Part shown: piece after piece, positions 48,815 through 50,675 of the stretch
How the letters are laid out: the number at the start of each line of letters is the position of its first letter
How positions within the stretch are numbered: the first letter of the stretch is position 1
Assembly: GCA_041663585.1 (NCBI GenBank)
Contig: JBAYMN010000005.1
Coordinates: 1-50,675 of the forward strand
DNA: 50,675 nucleotides
DNA from: Clostridia bacterium
GTDB lineage: Bacteria > Bacillota > Clostridia > Christensenellales > UBA1242
Reading direction: 5' to 3'
Position numbers and translations under genes: made by a program
The notes under the pieces: model-generated
The model's database searches: none
Told to the model about the DNA's origin: nothing
What the model saw: only the letters and a program-made list of their open reading frames with translations

Positions 48815-49621
48815 ATGGCAGTTGCTAAAAAAACGATGATATCTTTTGGACTTGTTGCAATTCCAGTTGCAATGTATACCGCTATACAAGATAATGAAAT
48901 TCATTTTAATCAATTATACAAAAAAAATAATGAGCGGATTAAGTATAAAAAAACTTGCGCTCATTGCGGACAAGAAGTTACCGAAAAAGATATTGTAAAA
49001 GGTTATGAATATGATAAAGATCATTATGTAATAATAACCGATGAAGAAATAGAAAAAATTAAAACCGAAAAGGAAAAATCAGTTCAAATATTGCATTTTG
49101 CTGAGTTAGATCAAATATCGCCAGTATATTATGAAAAATCTTATAGAGTGTTACCGGAAGCGGGGGGCGAAAAAGCGTTTGAATTATTACGAACAGCATT
49201 ACTGAGCGAAAACAAAGTTGCAATTGGAAAAACCGTTATGGGTACAAAAGAAACGCTAATGGTAATAATTCCGCGTGAAGATGGGTTAATTGTAACCACT
49301 ATGTATTATCAAAATGATATAAAAACACTGCCAAAAGCATACAGCAAGCCAAAAGTAGCTGAAGCTGAAATTAAAATGGCAAAAACGCTTATTAATTCTA
49401 TGGATACACCGTTTAATCCAAATGAATACACTGATGAATATCAAGTTAAACTACGCAATCTTATAGAAGATAAAATTGCAGGTAAAAAGATTGTAACGCC
49501 AAAATCTGATGAGCCTTATATAATTGCCGACTTAATGGACGCACTTAAAGAAAGTATTGAACAAGCAAAATCAGAGGCGCTTGTAGAGAAATCTGTTTCA
49601 AAAAAACTTAAAAAAGTATGA
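48815..49621 (+). CDS. ku: Ku protein (NHEJ DNA end-binding)
   Basis: MISFGLVAIPVAMYTA, the bacterial Ku N-terminal signature. RBS GGAGGA. Confidence 0.85.
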   Translation: MAVAKKTMISFGLVAIPVAMYTAIQDNEIHFNQLYKKNNERIKYKKTCAHCGQEVTEKDIVKGYEYDKDHYVIITDEEIEKIKTEKEKSVQILHFAELDQISPVYYEKSYRVLPEAGGEKAFELLRTALLSENKVAIGKTVMGTKETLMVIIPREDGLIVTTMYYQNDIKTLPKAYSKPKVAEAEIKMAKTLINSMDTPFNPNEYTDEYQVKLRNLIEDKIAGKKIVTPKSDEPYIIADLMDALKESIEQAKSEALVEKSVSKKLKKV

Positions 49622-50568
49622 CCGATATTTTTGATATTAAAAACATTAAGCCAATGCTTATAGAAGAAGTGAGGGATGCGTTTGATAGCAAAGATTTTAT
49701 TTACGAGTTTAAATTAGATGGAGAAAGGTGTATTGCATATTTAGACCCAAGTTATAAAACCGAACTCAGAAATAAACGGAACAGAATAATATTGCCTATG
49801 GTACCGGAACTCGCTGATATTAACAAGCAAGTTAAATGTCGTTGTGTTTTAGATGGCGAGTTAATTGTTATCAAAGATGGTAAACCTGATTTTTCGGAAA
49901 TTCAAAGGCGGTCAATAACTGGAAACGCTTTTAAAATTAAGTTAATGGCCGAAAAGTTTCCAGCCAGTTATATTGCTTTTGATATTCTTTATTACGATGA
50001 CCACGAAGTTACAAATTTAAATTTAATTGAACGCAAAAAACTACTTGAAAGTGTGGTTATAGAAAACAACAAAATGCAGGTTTCAAAATACATTGAAAAA
50101 CAAGGAATAAAATTATTTGATTTATCAAAAAAGTATGATTTAGAGGGTATAGTTGCAAAAAGAAAAGATAGCAAATATTTTTTTGACATTCGAACAAAAG
50201 ATTGGATTAAAATAAAAAATTTATTAGATGATGACTTTGTAATTTGTGGATATATAAAAAATAAAAATAATGTTGTTAGCATACTATTAGGGCAATACTT
50301 AAATGATACTTTAACCTTTATGGGGCATGTAATTTTAGGGATTAATACCAGAGACTATAATATAATTTCAAAAACAAAAGTTTTAAATCAATGCCCATTT
50401 ATTGAAGTTCCAGTAGGACACCAAAACGCCATTTGGATTACGCTAAAAAATGTGTGTACTGTAAAATTTTTACAAAGAACGCAAAGCGGGGCATTACGCC
50501 AGCCCGTTTATAAAAGTTTAAGACTAGATAAATCCCCCAGTGATTGCATTTATATTCCTATAAAATAA
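49618..50568 (+). CDS. ligD: ATP-dependent DNA ligase, LigD ligase-domain-only type
   Basis: Motif I EFKLDGER (KxDGxR). ATGA overlap with ku. 316 aa, so no polymerase or phosphoesterase domains. Confidence 0.8.
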   Translation: MTDIFDIKNIKPMLIEEVRDAFDSKDFIYEFKLDGERCIAYLDPSYKTELRNKRNRIILPMVPELADINKQVKCRCVLDGELIVIKDGKPDFSEIQRRSITGNAFKIKLMAEKFPASYIAFDILYYDDHEVTNLNLIERKKLLESVVIENNKMQVSKYIEKQGIKLFDLSKKYDLEGIVAKRKDSKYFFDIRTKDWIKIKNLLDDDFVICGYIKNKNNVVSILLGQYLNDTLTFMGHVILGINTRDYNIISKTKVLNQCPFIEVPVGHQNAIWITLKNVCTVKFLQRTQSGALRQPVYKSLRLDKSPSDCIYIPIK

Positions 50569-50675
50569 ATTAAAAGCAGTTCATGATTAATTGCTTTTGC
50601 AAATCTTACCTAAACTATTAGTTAAATAAAAAATACAGCACATATAATGTACTGTACTTTGCTTATATTTGGCGG

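Noticed and set aside
1-50675. Looked for rRNA, tRNA, transposase, integrase, recombinase and RT genes
   Set aside because: No cloverleaf-like GC-rich segments, no DDE, tyrosine or serine recombinase motifs, and no RT motifs were seen in any ORF. The accessory left end has no visible mobility gene within the window.

Overview
This 50.7 kb window is chromosomal DNA from a low-GC Firmicute (roughly 30% G+C by eye). The organism is almost certainly an endospore-former: the window carries a gerA-type germinant receptor operon, CotJC-like and DUF1540 genes, and Ku plus a ligase-only LigD.

Most of the window is conserved core genome:
- rpsF-ssb-rpsR
- rpmG-secE-nusG-rplK-rplA-rplJ-rplL
- addB-addA
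- recD2-comFC
- secA-prfB, with the classic CUU-UGA-C programmed +1 frameshift
- tsaD, ndk, rplI
- an ABC-2 transporter pair
- an SbcD/SbcC-like (YhaO/YhaN, SbcEF-like) pair
- a divergent HD-hydrolase / ku-ligD locus

The left about 9 kb looks accessory. It contains:
- the N-terminal roughly 500 codons of a DUF262/DUF1524 (GmrSD-family, type IV restriction-like) gene running off the window edge
- a 450 bp non-coding stretch full of iteron-like direct repeats
- a SHOCT-domain small protein
- a 152-aa remnant of a gamma-class N6-adenine methyltransferase
- a NUDIX hydrolase behind an inverted-repeat-flanked promoter
- three separately transcribed lipoproteins (one LRR + HExxH, one M23-like)
- a GC-rich, phage-tail-fibre-like gene interrupted by an in-frame TAA

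I found no rRNA, tRNA, CRISPR array, transposase or integrase. Several ORF-track starts were re-placed on RBS-supported start codons, and rpmG (49 aa, GTG start) was added.

The most plausible candidates for something new are:
- the GmrSD / MTase-remnant / iteron island at the left edge
- the split tail-fibre-like gene next to the ger operon
- the membrane-anchored SbcC-like ATPase
- a few orphan genes: the 209-aa ORF wedged between rplL and addB, and an AT-hook membrane protein
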